A program made the position numbers and the translations under genes. A model generated the notes under the pieces. It was not told where the DNA came from. It saw nothing but the letters and a program-made list of their open reading frames with translations, and made no database searches. Of a DNA stretch of 64,000 nucleotides, positions 1 to 13,450 are shown piece by piece. This stretch comes from Podarcis vaucheri (taxonomy: Eukaryota): the NCBI GenBank assembly GCA_965113315.1, contig OZ220372.1; one strand, written 5' to 3'. Within the stretch, counting starts at the first letter, position 1, and every line of letters begins with the position of its first letter.

Positions 1-480
1 TTCACTGAGATAAAAATACAAATAAATGGAAAGGCTGTAATGGGCCGGGGGTGGAGAAATAGAAAAGATTATTAGGCAAAGAATGATAGCATAGCTGTTG
101 CAGTCCATCTTCACTGACCAACGCTGTAAAAGGATAGTTTCCCTTCAAGGGGAAACTGTTCCTTAGTAGGAAGATGATAAGGGACTTATGTATCATTTGT
201 GCATGGCTATTTTGATTCCACTCAAATCACGTCATTTATTTCCTCATGTGCAAAGCAGTCCCTTGAAAAGACAACTACGCCATAGAGGTAATATATAAAT
301 CAGATACTACATACATAGTCTCCAATCCTTTATTAGCTTACATGCTTATTTGTGGGCCATTATTAACAGCAACTGCTAGATTTCTCTGCAACTTCTTATA
401 CTCCAAGTCAGTAGTAGTAGTAACCAACGTTTTTGGCAAGCGTGCCATGAAGCCCTAAGTATGAGGCAGTGCTACAATCT

Positions 481-720
481 TATTATTTATTTCATAAAAT
501 TTATATGCCACTTGATTGTAAAAAAAACCCATCCTCAAAGTGATTTCTACAAAAATATAAAACAGTAAGATCAAGAAAAAGCCACAACTGTACTTTAAAA
601 CATACTAAGGTTAAAATACCAAAACAAATTGAAATTATCTCAACTCTCTTAAGCATCCAGGTAGGCTTGTCTAAACAAGAATGTTTTTGCAGGCGCCCAC
701 CAAAAAGAGGTGATCTCATA
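481..720 (-). mobile_element. L2-type LINE 3' end fragment (degraded)
   Basis: A/T-rich tail and a terminal motif resembling the L2 tails at 7470, 8300 and 39500. Confidence 0.5.
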
Positions 721-978
721 AGTGCACAGTACATGTGTACTGTGACTCATGGAGGGGTGGACCACTGAGTTCCAATTTATGAGAAGACCAACCCCAGGCT
801 CTTCCTGCACTGCTGGGTCTGCACCACAAAGGTGTGCAGCTGCTGAATAGCCAACAGAATGAATGAAGGTGATGATTGGCCTAACAAATGGACCATTGAT
901 ATAAGTAAGGTTTTTTTCTTTTGCCCCCTTTGATATTATCAAAATACATAGTATGTTGGTACAATGATCTGTGCTTTC

Positions 979-1016
979 TGTGTGTGTGTGTGTGTGTGTG
1001 TGCGCACGCGCGCGCA
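979..1016. repeat. (TG)n followed by a CG/CA alternating purine-pyrimidine tract
   Basis: Seen directly in the sequence. Confidence 0.95.
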
Positions 1017-1390
1017 CCCTCCCTTCTACATATTGCCTGGAATGGGGGTTTGATTGATAATAAAAGTCAGTAGAGCCAACTGGTCCCCAACCACACCTCC
1101 CCAAGAGAACAGTGTTTATTCTAACTCTATCTAAGAAGTGTGAGATAAAAATAAAACAGTTCATGTTACAAATAAAATGAGGAAACATTTTCATATTGCC
1201 AAGCACAACCTTTTTATACATTAGGGAACCCAATGTGTGCGTTGTTTCTGTTGGTAAGTGCTTGGTGAGTCCAAGATACCCTTAGAAATCTTAAGCCAGC
1301 ATTTCAGGCACTGGTGAACTATTGCTGCCAACTGGAAAACTGAGGCAATATGTGTAGCTATTAAGAGAGGCTAAAAATATATGACTAGTC

Positions 1391-1526
1391 CAGGCATAAG
1401 CACTCTCGGCCCTCCAGACGTTTTGGGACTACAACTCCCATCATCCTTAGCTAACAGGACCAGTGGTCAGGGATGGCGGGAATTGTAGTCTCAAAACATC
1501 TGGAGGGCCGAGTTTGCCTGTGCCTG
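1391..1526. mobile_element. Non-autonomous hAT-type MITE (squamate GGGACTACAACTCCCATCATCC family)
   Basis: CAGGCA...TGCCTG termini, near-palindromic body, same family as 14543-14678. Confidence 0.8.
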
Positions 1527-2490
1527 TAATCATTCATATACACCTTTGCAGACAGCGCTTATTCCATTTCAGTGTGAAGACCAACACGTGAAGAAACTGC
1601 TAAATTTCTCCCCCTAGTGACTACAGAGATTTAATCATTTATGAGCCATTATGAGAGAAGGCTTGGAAATTGTCGCCCTGTCTATCCAAGCCCTAACTTC
1701 AGTTTTCCATACACATCTTAAGACGATAATTTTTAAAAGCAGGGAATAAACCCCAGTGAATATGGTAGCGTCTACTTCCAAGTAAATCTGCAGAGGGTTA
1801 CACTATGTGGTTATTTCCTCACCAGTTCATATTCTTACATTGTCCCACTAAAAGGTATGGAAAGGCAGGGTAGTGCCTAAGGCAAAGTCTACTGAGACAT
1901 GACAGATTCCATCATAATTCTTCTACTCACCCCAGCAAAGATAAAGCACTGTTAATTCACTTAATCTCCTATCCCAGGCACCTCTACTGCTTGTGCATGG
2001 AGATTTATTGACCATTTCCTTTAGTCCATCATACTCTAGGCTTTTCTGGGATATCAAAAGGAATTTACAGCCTATGGAAGTTAAATAAGCTGCAAAAAAA
2101 AGTGCTCTCCTTTGTCACTTTGTATTAGGCTGCCTCACACCTATCTGTTACCTCTTAGCTATGAGGGCAGGACTTTGGGACAGAAGTCCAGAACCTCACT
2201 CAACAGAGTAAGCAAGAAGACTGCCAAACATAGCAGGCCTGACTGACCACCTTTTGAAGTAGAATCAGAGTAGGGGGAAACCTCAAAGGTCATCTGTGCC
2301 CCTGCCAATACAGATAATCCACATAACCATCAAAAGAGCCTATCAGCAGCCTATCAGACTGCTATGTCTAGAGATTAAAATTACCTTTTTATTTAAAAAA
2401 AACAACTTTTGCTCAGTTTTCCAGCTTCAACTGCTAAGAAGGGAAATTGCTTCAATCAACTAAATCCTTAAGGAGCTGGAAGTTTATTGG

Positions 2491-2690
2491 ACATAAAGAG
2501 CTCTGCTGGATCAGGTCAAAGGTCCATCAAGTCCAACATCTTGTTTTCACAGTGTCCAGATGCCAACAGGAAGACCACAGCCAGGACCTAAGTGCAACAG
2601 CAACTCTTCCTTCTTGTGTTCTCCAGCAACTGGTATTCAGAGGCATCTTGCTTCCAAAAGTGAAGATAGAACAACAAAGCCATGCCACTG
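2491..2690 (-). mobile_element. Old CR1-type LINE 3' UTR fragment
   Basis: ACATAAAGAGCTCTGCTGGATCAGGTCAAAGGTCCATCAAGTCCAAC motif, shared with 9959 and 26490. Confidence 0.6.
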
Positions 2691-2898
2691 ATAATCTTGT
2701 CCTGGCTGGTATGTAGGAGAACAACTGTAAGAGTTGTGTGCAAGCTGGGAGCTGGAGGGAGAGACATGCCTTGCTTTGTGCTGAACATAATCTGTGGCTT
2801 TGGGCACCCCTGGAAACCTAATGGGAAGCCAAATCTATGGGAGTGTTAATGCTGTGAGCCCTTCCATCCTATGTGCAGTGTATAGGTGTAAACAAAAC

Positions 2899-2954
2899 TA
2901 TATATATATATATATATATGCTTTCGTAGCACACACACACACACACACACACAC
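2899..2954. repeat. (TA)n and (CA)n microsatellites
   Basis: Seen directly in the sequence. Confidence 0.95.
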
Positions 2955-3099
2955 AGTATAACTATATATCTTAAAGACACTGAAGCCTCTGCTGACCTTT
3001 ATCCCAAGGAAACTGAATCTTGGGTAAACAATTGGAACCCCTGGATTCTCTGGCCAATCAGAAATTGAGGTAGTGTGTAATAATATTATTTTTTTAAGT

Positions 3100-3760
3100 T
3101 TAGCTGCTAGAACTGTACACAGTATTCCAACAGTGGTCACACCATGGATTTGTACAACAGCGTTATAATATTGGCAGTTTTATTATCAATCCCCTACCTA
3201 ATGATCTCTAATGTGGAATTTGCCTCTTTCACACAGCTGCTGCACACTAAGTGAAAATCTTCATGACCACAATGTCCATTTCTGGTCAGTGTGACGCTGT
3301 TGGATTTCCTTGGCAATTATCCATTTACATATATGTTGAGTTTGATAGCACTATGGTCACTGTCCCCAATCAGTTCAACAGCATCATATACATCCCACTT
3401 CTGCTCTTGGGAACCACTTCTAATTAAATCCAGTATCACCACATCTCAGATCCCTGATAAATAGTCAAGGGGAACAGCCATTATGGGTATCTGGACATTT
3501 TACCTCTTTGCAGTGACTGGCACACACAAGCACCCATTCTATGTTAGGGTAATTGAAATCACCCATTACTACAGCATTTCCTCCTCTGGATGCCTCCTTT
3601 GATTTCATTTCCCATCTCAAGATCACCCTGTGCTTTTTGGACAGTGGGATAATTATAGGTTCCCAGTACTAAACTACTCTTGGAGCCCAGCATTACTAGT
3701 CACAGTGATTCTGTGGAGAAGTCTGTCCCTTTTTGGATTCCTAGCTTGTTGGTCTCTTAT
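3100..3760 (-). mobile_element. Degraded CR1 LINE ORF2 fragments: AP-endonuclease region joined to a 3' ORF2 segment
   Basis: Minus-strand translation gives AVVMGDFNYPNIEW (~3580-3535) and LDLI...LIGDSDHSAIKLNI (~3440-3333), typical APE endonuclease motifs of CR1. Confidence 0.75.
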
Positions 3761-6346
3761 GTCCTCTGTGATGTACAGAGCAATATCACCTCATATATAT
3801 TGTGTTTATAAATGATGAACAGATGAGGTCACTTCCAAGGTAACTTTGTAGCATAGAAACCTTGACATCATCACAACTAGCTGTCAAGTGACTGAATTAA
3901 TTATTTCTACATCCAGATTCTCAGAGTAGGCAAAGGCACCGGTATTAAAATATCCAAATGTTTCCATAGTCCATGATCACATAGGACCATTTAAGATGAA
4001 AAGCCTCAGGAATCAGAGTAAAATCCAGCTCATTTCCCTCTCACTCAGGTATCCTGCAAATTCCACATGAGCCTATTTAGTCTGGCTTTTTATCGTGGGG
4101 AGGGGTGGGGAGAGATGGTGACTATTTTTACACAAGAACCAGCCAACTATTTCAGGGGAGACTGGATAACATAAAAGGGTGGGCATGCAATAACTAAAGA
4201 GTCATTTAATATGTTTGATAAAGATGTGTTCTCACTTCTAAGTGAATTGGGTCTAAGCTGGAATCAGAATCCAGTATCCCAAATTGAATCAAACTATCAA
4301 CTTGAGGAATCCTTCTGAGTAACAAGCCTAGCACAATTATTATCCATTCTGTAATAAGTCCTGAGTACATGCCATGTTCATAATAAAATATCCCCCAAGT
4401 TACACTGCAGACTACTAGAGTATACATGGCGTTTTCATTAGCAAATGCTTGCTTTTTAAACAAAGTTTCCAAAAGCTCAAAACTGTCAATATAAACATAA
4501 ATAACACTTCAACACACACAGTTTCAAATGCAAAGAATGCTGCTGCAAAGCAGGGAGAAAGACATGATGCAATGGTGTGTAAGTCAGTGATTTTAAAACA
4601 CCCTCCAACATACCTAGTATGAAGCCAAAGCGCTTAAAGCAAATATATGAGCTGCAGCTTAGCTCATCTGCATACACATCAAGACTCATTTAACTGTTAG
4701 CTCTGAATGAAAACCTCCTCTCTAACACCCTTATCTTGCTTATTCTCATGGTGCACTTTGAACTTCAAAGCTATTCTTTTACTCAGTTTGGCTCCCATCC
4801 TTCACAACTGAAATCTCACTATTTCTACTGAAATTAATGGGACTTCAACGAGAGTAGCTGAATTGCAGTTTGGGAATTTAGAAAGACCTATAAGGGTGTG
4901 TTTTGCTGCCCCTCCACATTATTTTTACAGCAGCAATGGGCTTTGTGTCCAGCTGGAAGAGAAACTCTTCTAGCTGGACAAGGTTAAGTCTTATAGAAAG
5001 CAACCACTATGTTTGCCTGGTTCAGACAGAAAAGGCAGGAATAGTGAATAAAGGCAAGGAGGAAACACCACAATCACAGAAAGATGAACTATAGGAAATG
5101 ACCAACACTGAAGCAGCGGGACAAGGACATACTGGGTGAATCTAAAGGCTACCACCACAAGACACTTGGTTGCTTTTGCTGCTACAGACCACTCTTGAAT
5201 TTCTCAGCAGGGATAAAGCTAAGATTTGTACACACATAGTACTTAATATGCGTGTAGTACTTTAAATTATGCAAAGTACTTCACATGCATTATCTACCGT
5301 AGTTGTTATCCTTACAACAGCATAGTATGGTAAGTGAGCACTTTTATTCCCGTTACTGGAGATAGGAGGGCCACTTCTCATCCACAGTACTACACCAGCC
5401 CGTGGCTCAAGGAACCAATTACTTGAAAAATCAGAAAATGTGACACTTCATATCTTTATAATCCCTACACTGGGGAAAAAGACAGATTACTAATGCACTA
5501 AGGAACATATTTGTATTTTCAAAATGCAGCCTGTACTGACCAGTGGGATGGTGATGAGGAACTGGATCCAGACAAGGTGCCAGATTCCAAAATCCCCAAC
5601 CCTCACAAAGCCAACTTTGACAGGTAGGTGAGACCACCAATCTGTCAATCGCCAGATTACAGAGGGGCAGCAGTGGGGGGAGGGGATGTTTGACATGTAA
5701 AGTCAAAACTACATATAGGCAAAACAACCCCTCGGAACTGCACCCCCCGTAAGAAATTTTACCTTCTAGAATTGGTGCAAGATCTTGCGATGGCCTTGAG
5801 AGCCCAAGCAATAATCTCTCAGAGCCCAGTAAGCAAGTAGAAAGCTTAAAAGCTCTTTCTGTGCCAGGAAAACCCAGGAAAAAAAAGAGGTTTTAAGCCC
5901 TGTGCCTTGCATGCATTTAATTTGAATGATTGCAGCTGACTAGCCACCACATGCTTAAAACTGCAACAGGGCAAGTGAAATCTGCATACGTTGTGATCCT
6001 ACTGTAATGACATCTAGTGGTTGACATCTGTCAAAGTTCAAAGGTGGTAACTGCCGATCAGATGATTGGAAGTTACAGCACCAATCCAATCACCAACCCA
6101 GCGTCAATCAAAGAGTGCCTTCGAAGAGCCTTGCTCTGGAAAGGAGAAAAACCGCTCTGTTTCTGAACTGAGCGTTTTTTTCCAAGTGCAACTTCATTTC
6201 CCTATCTCCAGAAGAAGTGGTTTGGACGCAGAGCACTTACTCCAGTGCTTTAAACCCAAAGCACCTCCTCTAGGGAGCTCCCTAGTGCCATGGATCCTAT
6301 TGGAGTACCAATCAGAGCTGAATGGGAGCCCTGCTTGCAAAGAAAA

Positions 6347-6420
6347 TATCATAGAATCATAGAGTTGTAGAGTTGGAAGGGATCCCAAAGGACATCTAGT
6401 CCAACGCCCTACAATGCAGT
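6347..6420 (-). mobile_element. CR1-type 3' tail (LINE or CR1-tailed SINE)
   Basis: ATCATAGAATCATAGAGTTG...GAAGGGATCCCAAAGGACATCTAGTCCAAC, i.e. a (TTCTATGA)n tail on the minus strand. Confidence 0.75.
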
Positions 6421-7469
6421 GGGGCAAGTAGCCATGGTTTGTGGGAAGCTGCCTTGTGGACCAACTGGCAGCTGTGGCAGGCCTAATTAGACCCACAGGC
6501 TGCAGTTTCCCCACCATGATATGTTTGGTAGGGGTAACGTGCATAACAACCAGCCACTGTATGCATTCACCATACCTCATGGATAATGCATGAATAACCT
6601 ATCCATTAAGAAGAAACTGTGTACACATTTTTCAATCATTATATATACTCTCCAACAGGCCTTGGGGAACTTGCATATTTCAACAGGTTTTTGTACACTC
6701 TCTGAACAATATGCACACTCTCTAGTCAAATTCACACTTTCCAATAAATGTGCCCTTTGTTGCTATCTCAAGTTCAGGGGTGAGCAGCCCATTGTCCAAA
6801 AGTTCCATGCAGAACACTGTCTAATTTTATGCATGCACATAAACAGGACAGAACTTAATAGACTTAATTTGACGTAGTAATCTGACATTTGAATTAGTCC
6901 TTGCTAAATGAACTGATATTGGAATGGTTATTAGAAATCCCAATGCAACACTGTTGCCATAGTCATAGTTTTCTGCTTTGCATAAACTGACTTTCCTTTT
7001 AGACACAATGTAATTGTCTAGTTTATGGGAAAACCAAAGTTATCCAAGATGCTTCAACATGGTAATTTCCCCAGAAGTGGGGAAAGTAGTAGCTCCAAGA
7101 GATTATACCTAGGAGAGCTGGACTGCATGGCTATCATTTCTTCCTGTCATAGGCATACTTGAATGATGAGAAAGCTTCCCCAGACTCAAATCAACATGGG
7201 CTTCCCTAAAAGAAGCTAAAGGGGTATAAAAGTCTGCAGGCTCAACTAAAGGATTTGAATGGTGATGACAGCTTTGCCACAGCCTACCTGGTGTGGCTTT
7301 GTGACCCACCTATGGGTCTCCACATATTGGTTGAAGGATTGCACTTCCTCTGAAGTACCGGTTTGCAGCTTGGGTATGCTGCTTGATCTGGCATTGCTGA
7401 ATATCCAAGAGGTACTTGTGGCTGAGAGTGTGTTTGTCCAGCTTTGAGTGCTTACTGAATACCTTCCTC

Positions 7470-7620
7470 TTTCAACAAGCCTTGTATTTTGAGATCTTTC
7501 TCAGTCTGCATCAGTATTGCAATTGCTTTTAAGATGCTTTATTGTTTTATCACTTGTTTGCTGCTCTGGGTTCATCTGGGAAGAAGGGCGGGGATATAAT
7601 TTTTAAAATTAAAAATAAAT
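7470..7620 (+). mobile_element. L2 LINE 3' tail (degraded)
   Basis: Ends GGAAGAAGGGCGGGATATAAT...AATAAAT. Confidence 0.5.
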
Positions 7621-8299
7621 TGAGGTTAGTTAGGAACAGGCTTGAAAGTTAATTTTAAGCTCAGGTGCATTCTGCAGTGAAATTTCCTAATGCCAATCAG
7701 GAGCATGAACACAGCAAGGGCTAGAGATCTCACCTCTTGCACTGCCATGTGCACTTCCCAACTCTCACCCGCCTCCACTATCTCCTTCACTTTTCCACTG
7801 ACAATTTGGTGGCAGTGATGAGGACAGATACTGTTGTGTGGCCTTCATTAGGCTCTGAAACACAGCACTAGGACTTTGAGTCCCAAAATTTCAGGGATCA
7901 AAGACCTTAACAAAGGCCAGGGCAGCAATCTTTTTCATTGTCACCAAAAAGTATGTTTCACTGAGACAGGGCAGATGTGTGGAAGGCAGTAGGGCCAGTG
8001 CCAGGAAAGTTAAGTACAAGCCGAAACTGAACTGTTTGGATAATTGGACTTCATAACCAGCTGGAAAGCTCCAAAGTGGAGGAGTCATATTCTCTCAACG
8101 CCACAATTCTGAACTTTAACACTGCCAATACTGGACTCTATAGCAAGCACTATGTCTAACTGAGAACTATATTGGAACCTACATTTGAAAATGAGAGAAT
8201 CAAAAATTAACTGCCCTATCAGAAGGATTCTGGCTCATTAATATACAGCATGTGTGTTGCAGGTAGATGGACCAGAGGCACACCTAGGCTCCCTTGCAT

Positions 8300-8545
8300 C
8301 CCTGTGGAATGCCCTCCCATCAGATGTCAAAGAAATAAACAACTATCTGACGTTTAGAAGACATCTGAAGGCAGCCCTGTTTAGACAATTTTTTATGACT
8401 GATGTTTTAATGCATTTTTTATCTTTTGTTAGAAGCCGCCCAGAGTGGCTGTGGAAACCCAGCCAAATGGACGGGGTATAAATAATAAATTATTAATTAT
8501 TATTATTATTACTACTACTACTACTACTACTACTACTAGTACTAC
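8300..8545 (+). mobile_element. L2 LINE 3' end with an (ATT)n/(ACT)n microsatellite tail
   Basis: CTGTGGAATGCCCTCCC...GAAGGCAGCCCTGTTTAG...AGCCGCCCAGAGTGGCT...GGGGTATAAATAATAAATTATT, a typical squamate L2 terminus. Confidence 0.8.
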
Positions 8546-9958
8546 ACCCTGGGCAAGGAGCTGCCCTCCACCCCCATCCCATCACCTGGAAGCCAGAGTG
8601 GAGGGCTTTTTGCACACACACACACACACGCCTGCACCCTTGACAAGGGCCAACCTGGTCAACCTCTAGGTATGCTCCTGAGATGACTCCAGTTAAAGGA
8701 TATTTGGGAACAGATCTGGACACATCTGCCTAAGACCTTAGAGTGTTGCTGCCTAAAACAGTAGATTAGACATTACTGGGTTAACTGTACAAGTGGTCTG
8801 GATCAGTATAAGGTAAAATACATGTTTCCAAAATAGAACCAAGCTTGTTTATGTATGAACCATATCACATGCCTTCTAGATGTTCAAAATGATCTTATAC
8901 TTGGTGCACATGCTTGCAAGTGAATAAATGCCTAAGTAAAATATAAACATATGTCAAGCCATACAGGAGTTGAAATCTAGAAAACTCTAGTTTGGCATCA
9001 CTAAAGTGGAAAGCTTTGCAATCAAAGTGGGGTTTGGGTCAGCATTATTATTTTGATTGAGCACTATGATAAATTTTAAAATCATATTTTATAAGAGTGT
9101 ACTCTTTCATTTCTAAGAACTCACCTATTCTCATCTGATATATTTAAAAATGCACTATCGCTCCTGACACAGCTGCCATATGCATGAGAGGTATGAGGTT
9201 GTTTCAGAAACTAACAGCAATTTTGATATACAGCCTAGGCAGCCATTACTTCCAAAATGCCACACTGACAGTCTCTTTCTCAGACATATGGTCTTGAAAC
9301 TCTCTTCTAATCATTAGCGCTTTAGGCAAACCCAAGATTGTAGCTTACTCATAAATACAACTTTTCCCATTTTCATATGACTTCAGAAGATTTTCCTCAA
9401 GACTGCCCAGCATTTCCAAATGCAGACTGGGAAAATTCCTATGCTGATATAAGCAGGATGTATATGGTGTGTTGCTTGATTCACTGATATTCCAAGTTCC
9501 ATTATGTTCCACTTTCTTTTTTCTTTTCCCTCTTCCACCCCCCTTTTCTGTAGTCATTGTGAATTGCAGATTAATTTCAGCTTCAGTTTGTACAAAGAAT
9601 GTAAACAAGTGAAGTGCAAGACCAAAAGAACAGATGTGTCATCTTGTCACTTTCATTAGGCTTTCCCTTGGGGGCATTATCATTCTCAGATGTTTCCAAT
9701 AACCACATCTATCACAGGAGAATTTCCCCTGGCATCCGTAGACCATGGAAAGCAGTAACCAATGACACCCCCCAATTAGAGCCAAAACTAGAAAATGGGC
9801 ACATGTATGCAAGTTCTTGGATTTGTTTTATACTGTAAATGCATACAACTATTCATCTGATGTGTTGCTGTGTGTATTCCTTCTGCTACAGTGCATTCCA
9901 AAGGCATTTCTAAGCAAACTGCAGTGACTGAATACAAGTTGATTTCCTGTTATGTGCA

Positions 9959-10060
9959 CAAGAACATAAGAGCAGCCTGCTGGATCAGGCCAATGGCTCT
10001 TCTACTCCAGCATCCTGTTCTCACTTTGACCAAGCAGATGCCAGGGGGAAACATGCAAGC
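9959..10060 (-). mobile_element. Old CR1-type 3' end
   Basis: AAGAACATAAGAGCAGCCTGCTGGATCAGGCCAATGG terminal motif. Confidence 0.65.
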
Positions 10061-10560
10061 AGCGCCTCAGCAAAAGAACTAGCGCCATATTTACATACGG
10101 GCTGAGCAGGCTGCAGCCCAGGGCCTCATAATCTAAGGGGGGCTTGGCCTCTTGCCCATTTTTTTTTTAACAGGTAGATTTATCTAGGCCCAGTTGCTTG
10201 GTAACATTAAACACTTGACGTATGACAGTTACACTAGCGTGTATTTACTGTTTAGTAAAGTTCGTGGAGGCTTTATCATTTGATTCTGAGCAGCTTTAAA
10301 GTCAGCAATGAAGCATTACAAGAGTTCAGATCACTGTCTTTCATTATAGCATGTATTTTGAGAACACATGAAGATGCTTTTATATCACTGTGAATCACAA
10401 TATTTAATTCTGACTTTTTATGAAAATGGTGAATAAACGATATGGAAGTGGTACTGGTAAAAGAAAGCAAAAAAAAATAACAGAAGGAAGTACTCAAAAG
10501 TTTAAAGCCAATCATGTCATATGGCTTTGTACAGCAGGCAGAAACAGCCCTATATAAACC

Positions 10561-10750
10561 CAGTGGCGTAGCGTGGGTTGTCAGCACCCGGGGCAAGGCA
10601 AGTAATTTGTGCCCCCTAACCCGTGGATTTGTGCCCCTAACCCGTGGATTTGCGCCCCCTAACTCGTGGATTTGCGCCCCCTAACCCTAACCCCCAAATG
10701 TTGTGCCCAGTGCGGCCGGGCCCCCCTGTACCCCCCACGCTACGCCACTG
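10561..10750. mobile_element. hAT-type MITE with 17-bp perfect TIRs, an 8-bp TSD and internal ~22-bp tandem repeats containing CCCTAA
   Basis: TIR CAGTGGCGTAGCGTGGG / CCCACGCTACGCCACTG; flanks TATAAACC (10553-10560) and CATAAACC (10751-10758). Confidence 0.9.
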
Positions 10751-11149
10751 CATAAACCCTCAGATACATTTATGTTTACAAAAAGAAGAAAATCAAGTAA
10801 CTACAGTGACCAGTCTGAGCAGACTGTAGAACAACCAGTTTATATACAGAATGCGGCCTCCTAAGAACTTCACAGAGAACTGTTGTCAGTAACTACTGGT
10901 ACCTCTACAAGTAAAGAAACTTCTGGAGAAAAGTGTGAATGAAGTGACAGGACCTACAACCAAAGAATTAACACAAGGCATTGAAGGAACATGCCATGAG
11001 ACAGTTACACCAAAAGAAGCAGTTCAAGCACATTACTGTCTTAAAGAAGTGGAAAACAAAGCAGATGATCTCAGCAAAAAACCTTGCATTACAGACACAA
11101 AAATACCAACTGCACACGCTACTAGTGATTTCAGAGAAATCAGGTTTGC

Positions 11150-11950
11150 AGTTCACATCAAATAACAAGGAAATATCATTCTGGATTGAGAAAGCTCCAT
11201 TGGAATGTCAGCACTCAGCTGCAGCTTTTACCACTTTGAAACAAACATGCAAAAACCAAGCCTGGTTCTGTTCAAAAAATTTATTCTATTCCACCAAAGT
11301 AAATGGAGAAACCTACCCTTGATAATGGCTAGTGTATTCTCCAAAAGAAGGAAAAGTCTCCTGTTTTGGTGCAAACTTTTCTGTAACCAAACTACCAACT
11401 ACAGCTTTAGCTTCTCTTGGATTTAATAATTGACATCACACTTTTCTTTTTCAAACCCACAAAAATTCTAAAAATCATATGAACTCTCTGCTAACATACT
11501 TAACAATAAAGTGTGGTCAAATGCTCACATCAAAACTCTGACAGCAAATCAAAGCAGAGCAGGATTACTGGAGGCACGTACTTCAGCGAGTTATTGCAGT
11601 GATTTCCCTTTTGGCAGAATGTGGCTTGGCATTTAGGGGAGACAATGAAATATTTGGTTCACCAAGCAATAGTAATGTTCTTGGATTGCTTGAATTAATT
11701 GCCAGAGCTGATCCCTTCCTGTGTGCTCACATAAATCAGTATGGAGGCAAAGGCTCTGGTCAGTCATCATGCTTATGCAAAACCATATGTGAAGAGGTTA
11801 TCCAGTTGATGGTTAATACAGTTCGAGAAGCAATACTGAGTGACATCAAACAGGCAAGTTATTTTAGTTTATCAGACAGTTCAACCCCTGATGTTTCCTA
11901 TATTGATCAACTTACTGTCATTGTTAGAGATGCTTCTCCTAGTGATGGAT
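11150..11950 (+). pseudogene. Decayed hAT transposase (ZMYM1-like / DUF4371 type); the host element may begin near 10080
   Basis: ORF 11599-12033 reads LAECGLAFRGDNE...GLLELIARADPFL..H...EEVIQLM...IKQASYFSLSDSSTPDVSYIDQLTVIVR. An upstream zinc-finger-like WLVYS...C...LF segment is broken by stops and frameshifts. No C-terminal dimerisation domain is visible. Confidence 0.85.
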
Positions 11951-13327
11951 TTCACTGTTACAGGCCCCCACTCCATTATTATGTTCAATTTCCATGTCCA
12001 CCAAGGAAAACATACAAGAGAGCTGAGCTGTAATTGGGTACCAGGGCATCCAGTTCTAACATTAAATATCACCAGAAGATGTAGCTCTATCAACCTCACA
12101 TATTCTTCCTGTAACTGTTTAATCTTATGTGTTGTCTATGTGCTTCCCACCTCATCTGAAACCCATTACTTCATGATCTGTTCTTAATGACTAATACAAA
12201 TAATTGGACCTTGCCCTTTTTTTAAAAAGTTCGTGGTACATTCACTTATGTCTCTGCCCACAGTGGTATTTCTGAAGGCTCAGTGTGATTCGCTCGCTGA
12301 GATTTCAAAGATGTTGGATGGATGACTCGTTCTTCTAAATTTGTGTAGTTCTATGTTATTAAAATGCAATGCCCAAATTAAACATTTAATAATTCTGTAA
12401 TGAGAATGAAAAGTCCATAATTATTTGTGTTGACTAGCAAATCTACTGGAAGGTTGCTTCAAAAGCAAAACAAAAGGAAAGGAAAGGGAAAGGTCAGTCC
12501 CAACAAACAAACAAAGGAGCAGGAATACCAAGAAATTGCCCCAGCTAAAAAACAGAATAATCACAGAGCTATTAATTATAGACCTTATTCTATATTGAAT
12601 GGTAGTGGAAAACATAATTTTGTTGTTTTTGCAGTTATAACAATATGAAGAATGCATAGAAGAAAAGCTACACCTTTGTAAATGCCATAACTGGAGTCTA
12701 TCAAACAGAGTAGTTGGGCATTCTTGAACTGAACCTGAGAGCCTATTTCACTCTTTGCTTTAATCATGGGCATTTATTTTGCAGAACATACCAACACAAT
12801 TTCAAACTGCAATTAAATTTAAAAAGTTAATAAATCTGGCAATTTCTATAAGTCTGGAATTAAAAATGTAAAACATTTACAAAATAAAGTAAAAGATAAA
12901 AGCCATCTCAGTTGTCGCAGAAAGTGAGTCTCGTCCAGGAAAGGCAAAATGTAATGTACTCACCCTGGGTCTATCTCAGTAAGTGCTCCAATCAATTAGT
13001 GCATAAATACACATCGAACAAAATTACAGCAGAAACCACTGTGATATCTACTTTAACTAATGTACTGGGATAAAAGGGCTTCCAAGATGTTAGTAAATAG
13101 TTAGGAAAACTATTCCTGAGTCCTGACCAGCATTTGGTAACAGGGTGATCAGATGAGAACAGGACTCCAGCCTTAATAGTTGTTTAGAAGAGAGAATTGC
13201 AGCAGATGTAGCTTATCATTCAAAAATTCCCTCTTCAATACAGTGAGAGGTGCAAATAGTCTTGTACTCTCTACACCCTTCCTAGTAGAAATGGCTAACA
13301 AGTCATAGACATGAGCATTCTTTAACA

Positions 13328-13450
13328 CAGGGATGGCTAATTTGCAGCCCTCTAGCTCCTATCATTCCTGACTATTGCCCATGCTATCTGGGGGTTGAAG
13401 GGAGATAGAGCTCAGCAACTTCTGGAGGAACACAAATTAGACTCCCTTGC
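13328..13450. mobile_element. Degraded hAT MITE, same family as 1391 and 14543
   Basis: CAGGGATGGCTAATTTG...CAAATTAGACTCCC termini and CCTATCATTCCTGAC core. Confidence 0.55.

Noticed and set aside
10605-10695. CRISPR-like short repeats
   Set aside because: The units are tandem without unique spacers, lie inside a MITE, and the DNA is eukaryotic.
11599-12033. Possible ZMYM1-like host gene
   Set aside because: Frameshifts, stops, truncation and lack of exon structure indicate a transposase fossil.
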